Shown piece after piece: positions 17,196-26,327 of a stretch of DNA of 64,000 bases (position 1 is its first letter; each line of letters starts with the position of its first letter). This DNA comes from Myxococcota bacterium (lineage in GTDB: Bacteria > Myxococcota_A > UBA9160 > UBA6930), in contig OZ245002.1 of NCBI GenBank assembly GCA_965223415.1, forward strand, positions 4,928,001-4,992,000, written 5' to 3'. The notes below the pieces were generated by a model. That model ran no database searches. It was not told the DNA's origin and saw only the letters and a list, made by a program, of their open reading frames with translations. The translations under genes were made by a program, and so were the position numbers.

Positions 17196-17465
17196 CTATC
17201 CGGCGGTCCGCCCGCACCGCCCGTGGATGAGATCGACCACGTCCTGCAGGGTCCGCAGAGCGGCGAGGTCCTCGGTCTCGAACTGGAAGCCGATCTCCTC
17301 CTCCACCGAGACCGCCAGGTCCACGGCGTCGATGCTGTCCATGTCGAGGTCCTCGAAGCCGGAGGTCAGCTGGATCTCGTCCTCGTGGAGGTCGAACTCC
17401 CGCACCATGATGCGCCGGAGCATGGCGAAGATCTCGTCGGGGCGGGTCGGCGCGCCGTCACCCAC
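17196..17465 (-). CDS. Acyl carrier protein
   Basis: EDLDMDSIDAVDL phosphopantetheine site, small acidic protein. Confidence 0.93.
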   Translation of the reverse strand: MGDGAPTRPDEIFAMLRRIMVREFDLHEDEIQLTSGFEDLDMDSIDAVDLAVSVEEEIGFQFETEDLAALRTLQDVVDLIHGRCGRTAG

Positions 17466-18249
17466 GCGGCAGCTCCAGCTTCTTCTCGAAGTGCTCGCGA
17501 TACACGGCGGTCAGTCTCCGGGAGGCCCGCCCCCGGCTCTCCCCGTTCGCCGGCGGGGCCGGCGAGAGCGCCGGCGTGGGGATGGGCTCCCCGACGTCGA
17601 GGACGAATTGCATGCGGCTCTCGGGGACATCATACCAGGGCTGCCCGCGCATCAGCCCGCGGGGCTCGCAGCGGATGGTCACCGGCCGGGCCGCCACCCC
17701 CGTGGCCAGGGCGATGTGCGCCGCGCCGCGCTGGAAGCGGCCGAGGCCGTCGCGCGGCGACCGGGTGCCCTCGGGAAACAGCAGGACCGTGCGCCCGGCC
17801 CGAACCCGCGCGGAGCAGGCCTCGAGGGTGGCTTCGCCGGTGTCGTTCGGCACGTAGCCCGCGCCGCGGACCGTGCCCCCCGTGAACGGGTTCGACCAGT
17901 GGGAGCGCTTCACGACCACGTCCGCCTGGGGCATGTGGGCCACCAGCAGCACGTAGTCGATCAGCGTGGGATGGTTCGCGATGACCAGCTGCCCCCCCTC
18001 CCCGGCCAGGCGCTCCGGGTGCCGGACCTCCACCGCGATCACGCCGACCGCCTCCATGAAGGCAGAGAACCACCGGAAGGAGCGGTAGATGAGCCACTGC
18101 ATGCGGCGCTCCCGAAGGTCACGCTCGCCGCCCCGGAGCTGGAGCACCGGATAGGCCAGCACGCCCAGGAGCATCGAGCCCACGCCGAACAGCGCGAACG
18201 AGGTGCCCGTTCCGAGGACGCGCTTCCAGCGATCGAACGTCTTCCCCAA
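17458..18249 (-). CDS. Lysophospholipid (1-acyl-G3P) acyltransferase
   Basis: NHPTLID, FPEGTRS, FQRGAA. Confidence 0.92.
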   Translation of the reverse strand: MGKTFDRWKRVLGTGTSFALFGVGSMLLGVLAYPVLQLRGGERDLRERRMQWLIYRSFRWFSAFMEAVGVIAVEVRHPERLAGEGGQLVIANHPTLIDYVLLVAHMPQADVVVKRSHWSNPFTGGTVRGAGYVPNDTGEATLEACSARVRAGRTVLLFPEGTRSPRDGLGRFQRGAAHIALATGVAARPVTIRCEPRGLMRGQPWYDVPESRMQFVLDVGEPIPTPALSPAPPANGESRGRASRRLTAVYREHFEKKLELPRG

Positions 18250-18426
18250 GAGCTCCGACCCGCTCGGGCACTCTTCCGGGCCCGGCGGCGCAGTGTAGCG
18301 GCTCCCGCCGGCGAGCCATCCATCGCCCGGCCGTCCCGCGGGGACGAGGCGGGGCTGTGAAGCACTTCATACGCCTCACCGTCCCCGCCGGCGGATCCTG
18401 CCGAGGCGGAGCCACGGGGAGGCGGC

Positions 18427-19707
18427 ATGTACCGACGGGACTCGGGATTGCGGCGGCACTCGGGCACGGACCCGGGATGCCAGGTCATCGTCAAGCTCAA
18501 GCGCACGCGACAGGCGCGGCGGGTCCTGCACGCCGCTGCGGCGGACGGCCGGATGCCCCGCACCCGCGGCGTCCTGGACCGATTGCTCTCGGGCCGTCGG
18601 ATCGTTGCCATGGAATCCGTGTTCGGGGCGGTCAAGGACCGGAGTCTGGCCGGCTTCCGACGGCTGGCCGTCGAGGCCGAGCGCGAGGTGGAGGCCGAGC
18701 TCGCGGGCCTCTCGATCCTGTCGACGCGATCCCGGCGGGACGCCGCTCGCGTCTGTGACGAGCTGGGGAAGGACCCGCTGGTCGGGCGCGCTTACGTCGC
18801 GCCGGAGCGCTTCCTGCTCACGGCGCGCCGCTCCCGCTCGCAGGACCCGATGGCGAACCGGCAGTGGGGCCTCCGCGCGATCCAGCTCTTCCAGGCGGAG
18901 CAGCTGGCCTCGTTCCCCGACGCCCGGGACGTGACGGTGGCGGTGATCGACTCTGGAGTCGACTCGTCCCACCCGGACCTGGCCGGGATCTTCGCGGAGG
19001 AGAAGAGCTTCACGTCACGACGGAAGAGGGACACCTCCGGCCACGGCACCCACGTGTGCGGGATCATCGGGGCCGTTCGCAACAATCGGCGCGGCATTCG
19101 GGGGATCAACCAGACCCGCAGCATCATGTCCCTGAAGGCACTCGAGCCCTACGAGCCCCTCGGCTACTACCGTGCCCTGCGGCATGCCACCGACGAGGGC
19201 GCGAGGGTCCTGAACCTGAGCCTCGGCGGGAGTCACGATCCGACCGAGGAGGACCTCGTCCGGCGCGCGATGCGGAGGGGCGTCGTGGTGGTCGCGGCGA
19301 TGGGCAACGACAAGCTGGAAGGCAATCCCAAGAGCTACCCGGGAGCGATCGGCGGGGTCGTCGCGGTGGGGGCGACCGACGAGATCGACCGGATCGCGGA
19401 CTTCAGCCAGACCGGATCCCACATCGACCTGGTGGCGCCGGGCGTGAACGTCCTCAGCACGGTGCCGACCTACCGCACCACCGACGCGGACGGCACCGAC
19501 TACGAGGCGTGGCCGGGCACCTCGATGGCGGCTCCCTTCGTCTCGGCGGCGGCTGCCCTGGTGCTGGCGCGGCGCCCCACCCTCAGCGTGGCGGGGGTAC
19601 GTCGGGCGCTCGTCCGCGGAGCCCAAAAGGTCTCTGGGCAGCGCGGGTTCAATACCACCTACGGGCACGGTCGGCTGAATGTCCGCACCACGTTGCAGCG
19701 GCTGTGA
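18427..19707 (+). CDS. S8 subtilisin-family serine protease without signal peptide
   Basis: Triad VIDSG, GHGTHV and GTSMAAP, oxyanion AMGN, N-terminal prodomain, GGAGG RBS. Confidence 0.93.
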   Translation: MYRRDSGLRRHSGTDPGCQVIVKLKRTRQARRVLHAAAADGRMPRTRGVLDRLLSGRRIVAMESVFGAVKDRSLAGFRRLAVEAEREVEAELAGLSILSTRSRRDAARVCDELGKDPLVGRAYVAPERFLLTARRSRSQDPMANRQWGLRAIQLFQAEQLASFPDARDVTVAVIDSGVDSSHPDLAGIFAEEKSFTSRRKRDTSGHGTHVCGIIGAVRNNRRGIRGINQTRSIMSLKALEPYEPLGYYRALRHATDEGARVLNLSLGGSHDPTEEDLVRRAMRRGVVVVAAMGNDKLEGNPKSYPGAIGGVVAVGATDEIDRIADFSQTGSHIDLVAPGVNVLSTVPTYRTTDADGTDYEAWPGTSMAAPFVSAAAALVLARRPTLSVAGVRRALVRGAQKVSGQRGFNTTYGHGRLNVRTTLQRL

Positions 19708-19739
19708 AACCGGCATGGGGTGCAGGCTAGGCTCTCGTC

Positions 19740-19994
19740 ATGGGCGGCAAGACGCTGGTCATCGTCAAGCTCCGCGAGGCGGCTTCCCTGAAGGACGGCT
19801 GCGCTCGCGTTCGGAAGCTGGCCGGAGACGAAGCGGCGTCCGTCGAGGCGGTCTTCCCCGGGGACGAGGAGCAGAGGCTCTTCGCCGTCACGCTCCGGGA
19901 TGCATCGAGCGCCCCGGACGTCCTCGACGCCCTCGAGGGCCAGGTAGACGTCGAGTACGCGCACACCACGCCAGAACGACGTCCCGCGCGCTAG
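19740..19994 (+). CDS. Small protein resembling a subtilase prodomain / I9-type inhibitor
   Basis: VIVKL..VEAVF..VEYAHTTPER parallels the protease prodomain VIVKL..MESVF..VGRAYVAPER. Confidence 0.7.
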   Translation: MGGKTLVIVKLREAASLKDGCARVRKLAGDEAASVEAVFPGDEEQRLFAVTLRDASSAPDVLDALEGQVDVEYAHTTPERRPAR

Positions 19995-20082
19995 TTGCCC
20001 GGAGCACGAGCGCCCGCGCCCTTCCCCGTCCTGCGCTCCGCGCCCCTGCGGGCCGGGCGGAGCCCTAACCCAGGAGGAGACC

Positions 20083-20943
20083 ATGCCCTACGACCCGAGC
20101 TTCATCGCCGACTGTCGGATTCCGCTGCCGGAGCTCGGCGACCGCGTCCGGCCAACGGTCTTCGGCGGCGGCGTGGCGGTGGACCACACGCGCTTCTCGA
20201 TCCTCTTCAACCAGGACCGGGGCTTCGCCGTCGCGACGGCCCACAACATCGACGGGGGCCGGATCATCCCGGAAGGGAGGATCCCGCGCCGCGACCGCTT
20301 CCGTTTCGACCCCGACGTTCCCAACCACCTCCAGGTGGACGATCGCCGGGGGTACTCGGGGCGCCACAATCTCTGGGACCGGGGGCACCTGGTCCGGCGC
20401 CGCGCGCTCCACTGGGGCCCGCTCGCAACGGCCCGGCGGGCGGACAACGAGAGCTTCTTCTGGACGAACATCTCCCCCCAGCACCGGCGCCTCCACCACA
20501 GTGCGTGGGGGCGGATCGAGGACTGGATCCTCGGCGTGGCGGAGGACGAGGACAAGCGGGTCTGCGTCTTCACCGGGCCCGTGTTCACGGCCGAGGATCC
20601 GGAGATCGTGAACCGCCGGGGCGAGGAGCCCGTTCGCATTCCGGCCGGCTTCTGGAAGATCGTCGCCCTGAAGCACCGTCGCCGGCTCCGCGGGGCCTCG
20701 TTCCTCGTGTGGCAGCGCGACTTCGACCGCGATCGGCCGCTCACCTTCGATCCGGTGCTGGAGCAGGTCCGCTTGACCACGGTGGAGTACCTGACTGGTC
20801 TGTCGTTCACGTCACTGCGGCGCTCGGATCCGCTCCGGTTCGGCGCGAGCTTCGAGCGGGTGCGGGGGCAGCGCCGGGTGCGCGTCGGCTCCGCCCGGGT
20901 CCGCCCGGCCGCAGTCACCTGCGCCGAGGACATCGTGCTCTGA
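20083..20943 (+). CDS. DNA/RNA non-specific endonuclease (NucA/EndoG-like)
   Basis: DRGHL, TNISPQH, WGRIE, FTGPVF, IPAGFWKI, AGGAGG RBS, no signal peptide. Confidence 0.92.
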   Translation: MPYDPSFIADCRIPLPELGDRVRPTVFGGGVAVDHTRFSILFNQDRGFAVATAHNIDGGRIIPEGRIPRRDRFRFDPDVPNHLQVDDRRGYSGRHNLWDRGHLVRRRALHWGPLATARRADNESFFWTNISPQHRRLHHSAWGRIEDWILGVAEDEDKRVCVFTGPVFTAEDPEIVNRRGEEPVRIPAGFWKIVALKHRRRLRGASFLVWQRDFDRDRPLTFDPVLEQVRLTTVEYLTGLSFTSLRRSDPLRFGASFERVRGQRRVRVGSARVRPAAVTCAEDIVL

Positions 20944-21107
20944 TGCCCGGCCGTCGGAGCATCGTGTTGCTCTCGGCGGCACGGGCAACCGCGCAGCCAG
21001 GCTGAATTGGCGGCTCTACTCCACGGGCAACCGATCGGACCATCCCGCGGTAGCCTCTTCGGGCGCCATCCGCCGGCGCCGAACGAGCGCGCCCCGGAGC
21101 GAGGACC

Positions 21108-22613
21108 ATGTCACGCCGCCGCACCCTGATCGCCGTCGCGGCCGTCGCTCTGTTCGGCGGTGGATGCTTCATCGTGGTTCGGGTGCTCGAGGCCGTCATG
21201 CGCGACCCCTTCGCCCCGGTCTACGAGGAGCACTGCACCGAGTGCCATGGCGAGGATCTCCAGGGCACCCCGCTCGGGGTCCCGCTGGTTGGCCGGGAGC
21301 TGCTTCACGGAGAATCGGCGGAGGCCATTGCGGCGAGCATCGCCCAGGGCTTCCCGCTGGCGGGCATGCCGGCCTTTGGGGAGGCCCTGGACGAGGGGAG
21401 GATCCGGGGGCTTTCGATCCTGATCGCGGAGAAACGCGCCCACTACGGCCGCGCCGACTTCAAGGTCGATGCGCCGCTGGTCATGCCGGAGGGCCCGGTC
21501 CCGAGCGAGGAGCACGCCTTCCGGCTCGAGACCGTCGCCAATGGCCTCGACCCCCTGCCCTTCTCCATCGCGCCGCTCCCGGACGGAGGCTTCCTCCTCA
21601 CGGAGAAGATGCGCGGCCTTCGCATCGTCTCCGCGGACGGCGTGCAGTCGGCGCTCGTTCAGGGGACGCCGCCGGCTCACGAGGGTGGCTTCGAGCTGCT
21701 CCAGCTGGTCTACGGCAACGGCTGGATGCTCGACGTGGCGATCCACCCGGCCTACGAGACCAACGGCTGGGTCTACCTGCACTTCGGAGATCGCTGCGCC
21801 GAGTGCGATACCTCGATGAACAAGCTCATCCGTGGGCGTATCCGGGAGGGCCGCTGGGTCGACGAGGAGACGATCTGGAGCGCCGCCGAGGAGACCTACA
21901 CGCGTACCCCGGACATGGGCGCGGGCGGGAGGATCTGCTTCGACGACCGGGGCCACGTCTTCCTGAGTGTCGGGATCAAGGGCACCTCGAACTACCACGG
22001 AATCCAGGACCTGGGCCTGCCGTACGGGAAGATCCACCGCGTCCACGAGGACGGCCGGGTTCCCGCGGACAATCCGTTCGCGAACGATCCGGACGCCCTT
22101 CCCAGCATCTGGACCTACGGCCACCGGAGCCCGCAGGGTCTGGAGTTCGACCCGAGCACGGGTCGCCTGTGGTCGACGGAGATGGGCCCCCGCGGCGGCG
22201 ACGAGCTCAACCTGCTCCGGCCGGGGCGGAACTACGGCTGGCCCCTCACGTCGAAGGGGGTCGACTACGACGGGACGCCCGTCGAGTACGGCAAGGATCT
22301 TGGGATCGCCGTGGATCTCGCGACGATCGAGCAGCCGGTGGTCGACCTGACGCCTTCGCCGGCGGTCTCGAGCTTCGCGTTCTACCGGGGCGAGGCGTTC
22401 CCCGGCTGGCGGGGCCATGCCCTCGTGGGGACGCTCAAGGCCACGGAGCTGTATCGCTGGGTGCTGGACGGGGACCGGGTGGTCCACAGAGAGACGCTGC
22501 TCTCGGGCTTGGCGCGCATTCGCGACGTGGAGATCGGGCCCGATGGGCTTCCGTACCTGCTGCTCGAGCACGCCTCCGGCGGGCGGGTCGTGCGGCTCGT
22601 GCCCGCCGACTGA
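21108..22613 (+). CDS. PQQ-dependent sugar dehydrogenase (GSDH) with N-terminal cytochrome c
   Basis: CTECH, PADNPF, YGHRSPQG, GPRGGDELN, NYGWP, RIRDV. Confidence 0.9.
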   Translation: MSRRRTLIAVAAVALFGGGCFIVVRVLEAVMRDPFAPVYEEHCTECHGEDLQGTPLGVPLVGRELLHGESAEAIAASIAQGFPLAGMPAFGEALDEGRIRGLSILIAEKRAHYGRADFKVDAPLVMPEGPVPSEEHAFRLETVANGLDPLPFSIAPLPDGGFLLTEKMRGLRIVSADGVQSALVQGTPPAHEGGFELLQLVYGNGWMLDVAIHPAYETNGWVYLHFGDRCAECDTSMNKLIRGRIREGRWVDEETIWSAAEETYTRTPDMGAGGRICFDDRGHVFLSVGIKGTSNYHGIQDLGLPYGKIHRVHEDGRVPADNPFANDPDALPSIWTYGHRSPQGLEFDPSTGRLWSTEMGPRGGDELNLLRPGRNYGWPLTSKGVDYDGTPVEYGKDLGIAVDLATIEQPVVDLTPSPAVSSFAFYRGEAFPGWRGHALVGTLKATELYRWVLDGDRVVHRETLLSGLARIRDVEIGPDGLPYLLLEHASGGRVVRLVPAD

Positions 22614-22642
22614 GGCCTCGGCGCCCGCGGTATGCTGCCAGG

Positions 22643-23101
22643 ATGCCCATGAGCCTCGAAGAGCTGTCGGACCGGCTGGAGATCGACGACCTCCTGACCC
22701 GCTACGCCACCGGCGTGGACCGCAAGGACTGGGACCTGTGGGAGTCCTGCTTCACGGCAGACGCGCGGATCGACTACACCGCCTTCGGTGGCATCTGCGG
22801 GGGGGTCGCGGAGGTGCGCGCCTGGCTGGAGAAGACCATGGCGATGTTCCCGATGAGCCAGCACATGATCCTGAACAAGGAGATCGCGATCAGCGGGGAC
22901 ACGGCCACGAGCCGCGCCGGCTTCTACAATCCCATGTCGCTCCCGATCGAGGACGGCGAGAACCGGCTCCTCTTCTTCGAAGGCGGCTACTACTGCGACC
23001 GGCTCGTGCGCACCGAGGACGGCTGGAAGATCCGCGAGCGGATCGAGGAGTTCGGCTACTCGACCCGCCTCAACCCCCAGCTCAAGCCCAAGACCCGATG
23101 A
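22643..23101 (+). CDS. SnoaL-like / NTF2 family protein
   Basis: DRLEIDDLLTRYATGVDRKDW, YCDRLVRTEDGWKIRER. Confidence 0.9.
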   Translation: MPMSLEELSDRLEIDDLLTRYATGVDRKDWDLWESCFTADARIDYTAFGGICGGVAEVRAWLEKTMAMFPMSQHMILNKEIAISGDTATSRAGFYNPMSLPIEDGENRLLFFEGGYYCDRLVRTEDGWKIRERIEEFGYSTRLNPQLKPKTR

Positions 23102-24114
23102 CCGACCACCCGATCTACCACGACGACGACGCGGACCTGGCCGAACTCGAGGGCGAAACCGTGGCCGTGATCGGCTATGGCAACCAGGGCCGCTCGCAGG
23201 CACTGAACCTGCGCGACGGCGGGCTCCCGGTAGTGATCGGCAACCGGGACGACGAGGCGGCGGCGAAGGCGCGGGCGGACGGCTTCGACGTGCTCTCCGT
23301 CGGCGAGGCGGCGGCGCGAGCCCGGGCGGTGCTGGTGCTGATCCCCGACGAGGTCATGGCCGCGGTCTGCGCGGAGGAGATCGCCCCCGGTCTCGAGGCC
23401 GGCGACCTGCTGGACTTCGCCAGTGGATACAACGTGGCCTTCGGCCTGATCGAGCCCGCGCGGGATCTGGACGTGGTGATGATCGCCCCGCGCATGATCG
23501 GCGTCGGCGTCCGCGACCGGTTCGTGGCCGGCGAGGGCTTTCCCAGCTTCGTCGGCGTCCACCAGGACGCGACCGGGCGCGCCCGCCAGCGCATGCTGGC
23601 CCTTGCCAAGGCGATGGGGTCGACTCGCGCGGGCTGCATCGAGATGTCCCTGGCCGACGAGGCGGCTCTCGACCTGTTCACCGAGCAGGGCTTCGGGCCC
23701 GCCTTCGGGCGCGTGATGATGAGCGCCGTCGAGACCCTGGTAGAGGCCGGCTATCCGCCCGAGGCGGTGCTGCTCGAGCTCTACCTCTCCGGGGAGCTGG
23801 CCTACACCTTCGAGAAGATCCGCGAGGTGGGCATGATGCGGCAGATGGACTTCCACTCCCGCACCAGCCAGTACGGCAGCATCACCCGCGGCGCCCGCTA
23901 CCTCGACCTCGGTCCGGCCCTCCAGGAGAAGATGCGCGAGACCCTGGAGGAGATCCGCTCCGGGGCCTTCGCCAAGGAGTGGAGCGAGGCCCAGGAGCAG
24001 GCCGCCGAGATCTTCGAGAAGGTGAAGGCCGCCCGCGACCAGATGCCCATGGCCCAATGGGAGCAGGCCGCCCGCCGCGCCTTCCGCATGGATGGAGAAA
24101 CGGAGCCAGAGTGA
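23098..24114 (+). CDS. ilvC: Ketol-acid reductoisomerase
   Basis: VIGYGNQGRSQALNLRD, LIPDE, APRMIG..VR, DLFTEQ, GYPPE, SRTSQYG. Confidence 0.88.
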   Translation: MTDHPIYHDDDADLAELEGETVAVIGYGNQGRSQALNLRDGGLPVVIGNRDDEAAAKARADGFDVLSVGEAAARARAVLVLIPDEVMAAVCAEEIAPGLEAGDLLDFASGYNVAFGLIEPARDLDVVMIAPRMIGVGVRDRFVAGEGFPSFVGVHQDATGRARQRMLALAKAMGSTRAGCIEMSLADEAALDLFTEQGFGPAFGRVMMSAVETLVEAGYPPEAVLLELYLSGELAYTFEKIREVGMMRQMDFHSRTSQYGSITRGARYLDLGPALQEKMRETLEEIRSGAFAKEWSEAQEQAAEIFEKVKAARDQMPMAQWEQAARRAFRMDGETEPE

Positions 24115-24118
24115 ATTC

Positions 24119-24859
24119 TCAACTCTGGCCCCGTTTCTTCACTGCGAGGCGGGCGGTGGCGAGGTCGTCGGGGGTGCCGACGTCGATCCACAGGCCTTCG
24201 GCGCGGACGGCGCGGAGCTGGCCGGCGGCGCACCACCACTCGGCAAGGTGGCCCAGGTTGTCCGGCGCGCCGCCCGACGCGAGGTAGGCGGCGACGTCGG
24301 GCAGGTGGGCGCGGGGGATGCCGTAGAGGGCGGTCACCGCGAGGCTGGACGGCGGGTTCGGGTCCTTCTCGACCAGGGCGGCGACCCGTCCGTCCGGGGC
24401 CAGGCGCACGCTTGCGTAGCGGCGCACCCGTGCGGCACTCCCGACGTCGAAGGTCACGACCGTGGGGGCGACGCGGCTCCCGGCGGCCAAGGGCGCGAGT
24501 TCGAAGTCGAACACGTTGTCGGCGGCCAGGACCAGCAGGTCCTCGTCGGGCGACGCCTCGGCGAGATACGCCGCCAGGTCCACCACGGCCCCGCGACGAT
24601 CGCCCAGCCGCGCCACGCCGTTGCCGAGCACGCGAAGCGGGGCGCGTCCGCGTCTCGCTTCCGCCCACCGGGCGAGCGCCGGGCGGCTCGCCTCGTTCGC
24701 CAGCACGTCGACGGCGCGGACCTCGGCCAGCGCCTCGGCCGCGTCGGCGGCCCAGTCGATGGCGCGACGTCCGCCCAGGGGAAGCAGCGCCTTCGCATGC
24801 CCCCGCTCGCCGGCACCCAGACGGGTGCCCCAGCCCGCCGCCAGCAGCAGCGCGCGCAC
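24119..24859 (-). CDS. Sugar-phosphate nucleotidyltransferase family protein
   Basis: LLAAGWGTRL..KALLP, AADN, VEKDP, WIDVGT. Confidence 0.85.
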   Translation of the reverse strand: MRALLLAAGWGTRLGAGERGHAKALLPLGGRRAIDWAADAAEALAEVRAVDVLANEASRPALARWAEARRGRAPLRVLGNGVARLGDRRGAVVDLAAYLAEASPDEDLLVLAADNVFDFELAPLAAGSRVAPTVVTFDVGSAARVRRYASVRLAPDGRVAALVEKDPNPPSSLAVTALYGIPRAHLPDVAAYLASGGAPDNLGHLAEWWCAAGQLRAVRAEGLWIDVGTPDDLATARLAVKKRGQS

Positions 24860-24871
24860 CGCCGCCCGCCG

Positions 24872-25831
24872 CTAGCTGCCGGAGCTCCCGCCGCCGTTCG
24901 GCCGCCGGGCGCCGTCCCCGCTTCCGTCGCGCCCGATCCCGGTGGCCAAGGCGATCACCGACGCGATGTCCGAGAGGTTCGAAGGCACGACGAAGGTGTT
25001 GCCCTCCTTCGCCAGGTTCCCGAACTCCGCCACGTACTGCTCCGCGATGCGCAGCTGCATGGCCTCGCCGCCGCCCTGGGCGCTGAGCGCCGCCGCCACC
25101 GCGCGCAGGCCTTCGGCGGTGGCCCGGGCCACGGCCAGGATCGCCTCCGCCTCGCCCTCGGCCTCGTTGATCTGCCTCTGCCGCGCGGCCTCGGACTCCT
25201 TGATCACCTTCTGCTTGTCGCCCTCGGCCTGGTTGATCGCCGCATCGCGGGAGCCCTCGGATTCGAGCACCACGGCCCGCTTCTCCCGCTCGGCGCGCAT
25301 CTGCTTCTCCATGGCCGAGAGCACGTCGTGGGGCGGGTTGATGTTCTTGATCTCGTAGCGCAGCACCTTCACGCCCCACGGGTCCGAGGCCATGTCGAGC
25401 TCGGAAACGACCGAGGCATTCATCTGTGCGCGCTCCTCGAAGGTGCGGTCGAGGTCGATCTTGCCGACCTCGCTGCGCAGGGTGGTCTGGGCCAGCTGGG
25501 AGATCGCGAAGACGTAGTTGCCGATGCCGTAGGAGGCCCGCCGCGCGTCCAGCACCTGCAGGTAGAGGACGCCGTCCACGCCCACCTGGACGTTGTCCTT
25601 GGTGATGCAGATCTGCTCCTGGATATCGATCGCTCGCTCCTTCAGCGAGTGCTTGTAGGCCACCCGATCGACGAAGGGCATGAGAATGTGGAAGCCGGCC
25701 TGCAGGGTGTCTGAGTACTTGCCCAGCCGCTCCACCACATAGGCACTCTGCTGGGGCACGACCACCGCCGTCTTGGCCAGGACGAACAGGACCAGGGCGG
25801 CCAACACGCCGACACCGATGAGCGTCTCCAT
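24872..25831 (-). CDS. SPFH/stomatin-like (paraslipin, QmcA-like) protein
   Basis: VVERLGKY, QICITKDNV, QTTLRSEVGK, WGVKVLRYEIK, QMRAEREKRA. Confidence 0.93.
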   Translation of the reverse strand: METLIGVGVLAALVLFVLAKTAVVVPQQSAYVVERLGKYSDTLQAGFHILMPFVDRVAYKHSLKERAIDIQEQICITKDNVQVGVDGVLYLQVLDARRASYGIGNYVFAISQLAQTTLRSEVGKIDLDRTFEERAQMNASVVSELDMASDPWGVKVLRYEIKNINPPHDVLSAMEKQMRAEREKRAVVLESEGSRDAAINQAEGDKQKVIKESEAARQRQINEAEGEAEAILAVARATAEGLRAVAAALSAQGGGEAMQLRIAEQYVAEFGNLAKEGNTFVVPSNLSDIASVIALATGIGRDGSGDGARRPNGGGSSGS

Positions 25832-25850
25832 GCGAATCTCCTTCCGTGGA

Positions 25851-26288
25851 TCAGGTGCGCGGAGCGCGGACGCGAAGAACGACTCCGTCGACGCCGTCGA
25901 CCTGGGCGACGGCCTGGGGCGGGAGCTCCTGGGTTCCCTCGTTGCGTGCGCGCCAGGTCGAGCCGCGCAGCTCCACCTGGCCCATGCCGCCCGGCGCGAT
26001 GGCCGCGCCGACGACCCGGGCTCGCTCTCCGAGAAGCTCCGGCGCCAGGTCCTGGGTCCCGGCCATCAGGCGCTCGTAGGCGGGACCCCGCACGAACACC
26101 GCCAGGAGGACCGAGAGACCGGCGAAGACGAGCCATTGGACCCAGATGGGGGCGTCGACGCCGAACAGCCCGAGCAGCGACGTGCCGAAGGCGGCGGCGC
26201 CGATCACGGCGAGCCAGAAGTCGGCGCTCACGCCGAGCTCCGCCGCGAGCAGTGCCGCGCCGACCACCATCCAACCCCACCAGGGCAC
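25851..26288 (-). CDS. NfeD family protein
   Basis: Three TM helices, then G-x-V-x-x-RGSTWRA OB-fold, upstream of SPFH gene. Confidence 0.88.
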   Translation of the reverse strand: MPWWGWMVVGAALLAAELGVSADFWLAVIGAAAFGTSLLGLFGVDAPIWVQWLVFAGLSVLLAVFVRGPAYERLMAGTQDLAPELLGERARVVGAAIAPGGMGQVELRGSTWRARNEGTQELPPQAVAQVDGVDGVVLRVRAPRT

Positions 26289-26327
26289 GTCGACCCTCCC
26301 TCTGGTCCGCGCCAGTCAGTCTAGGAA

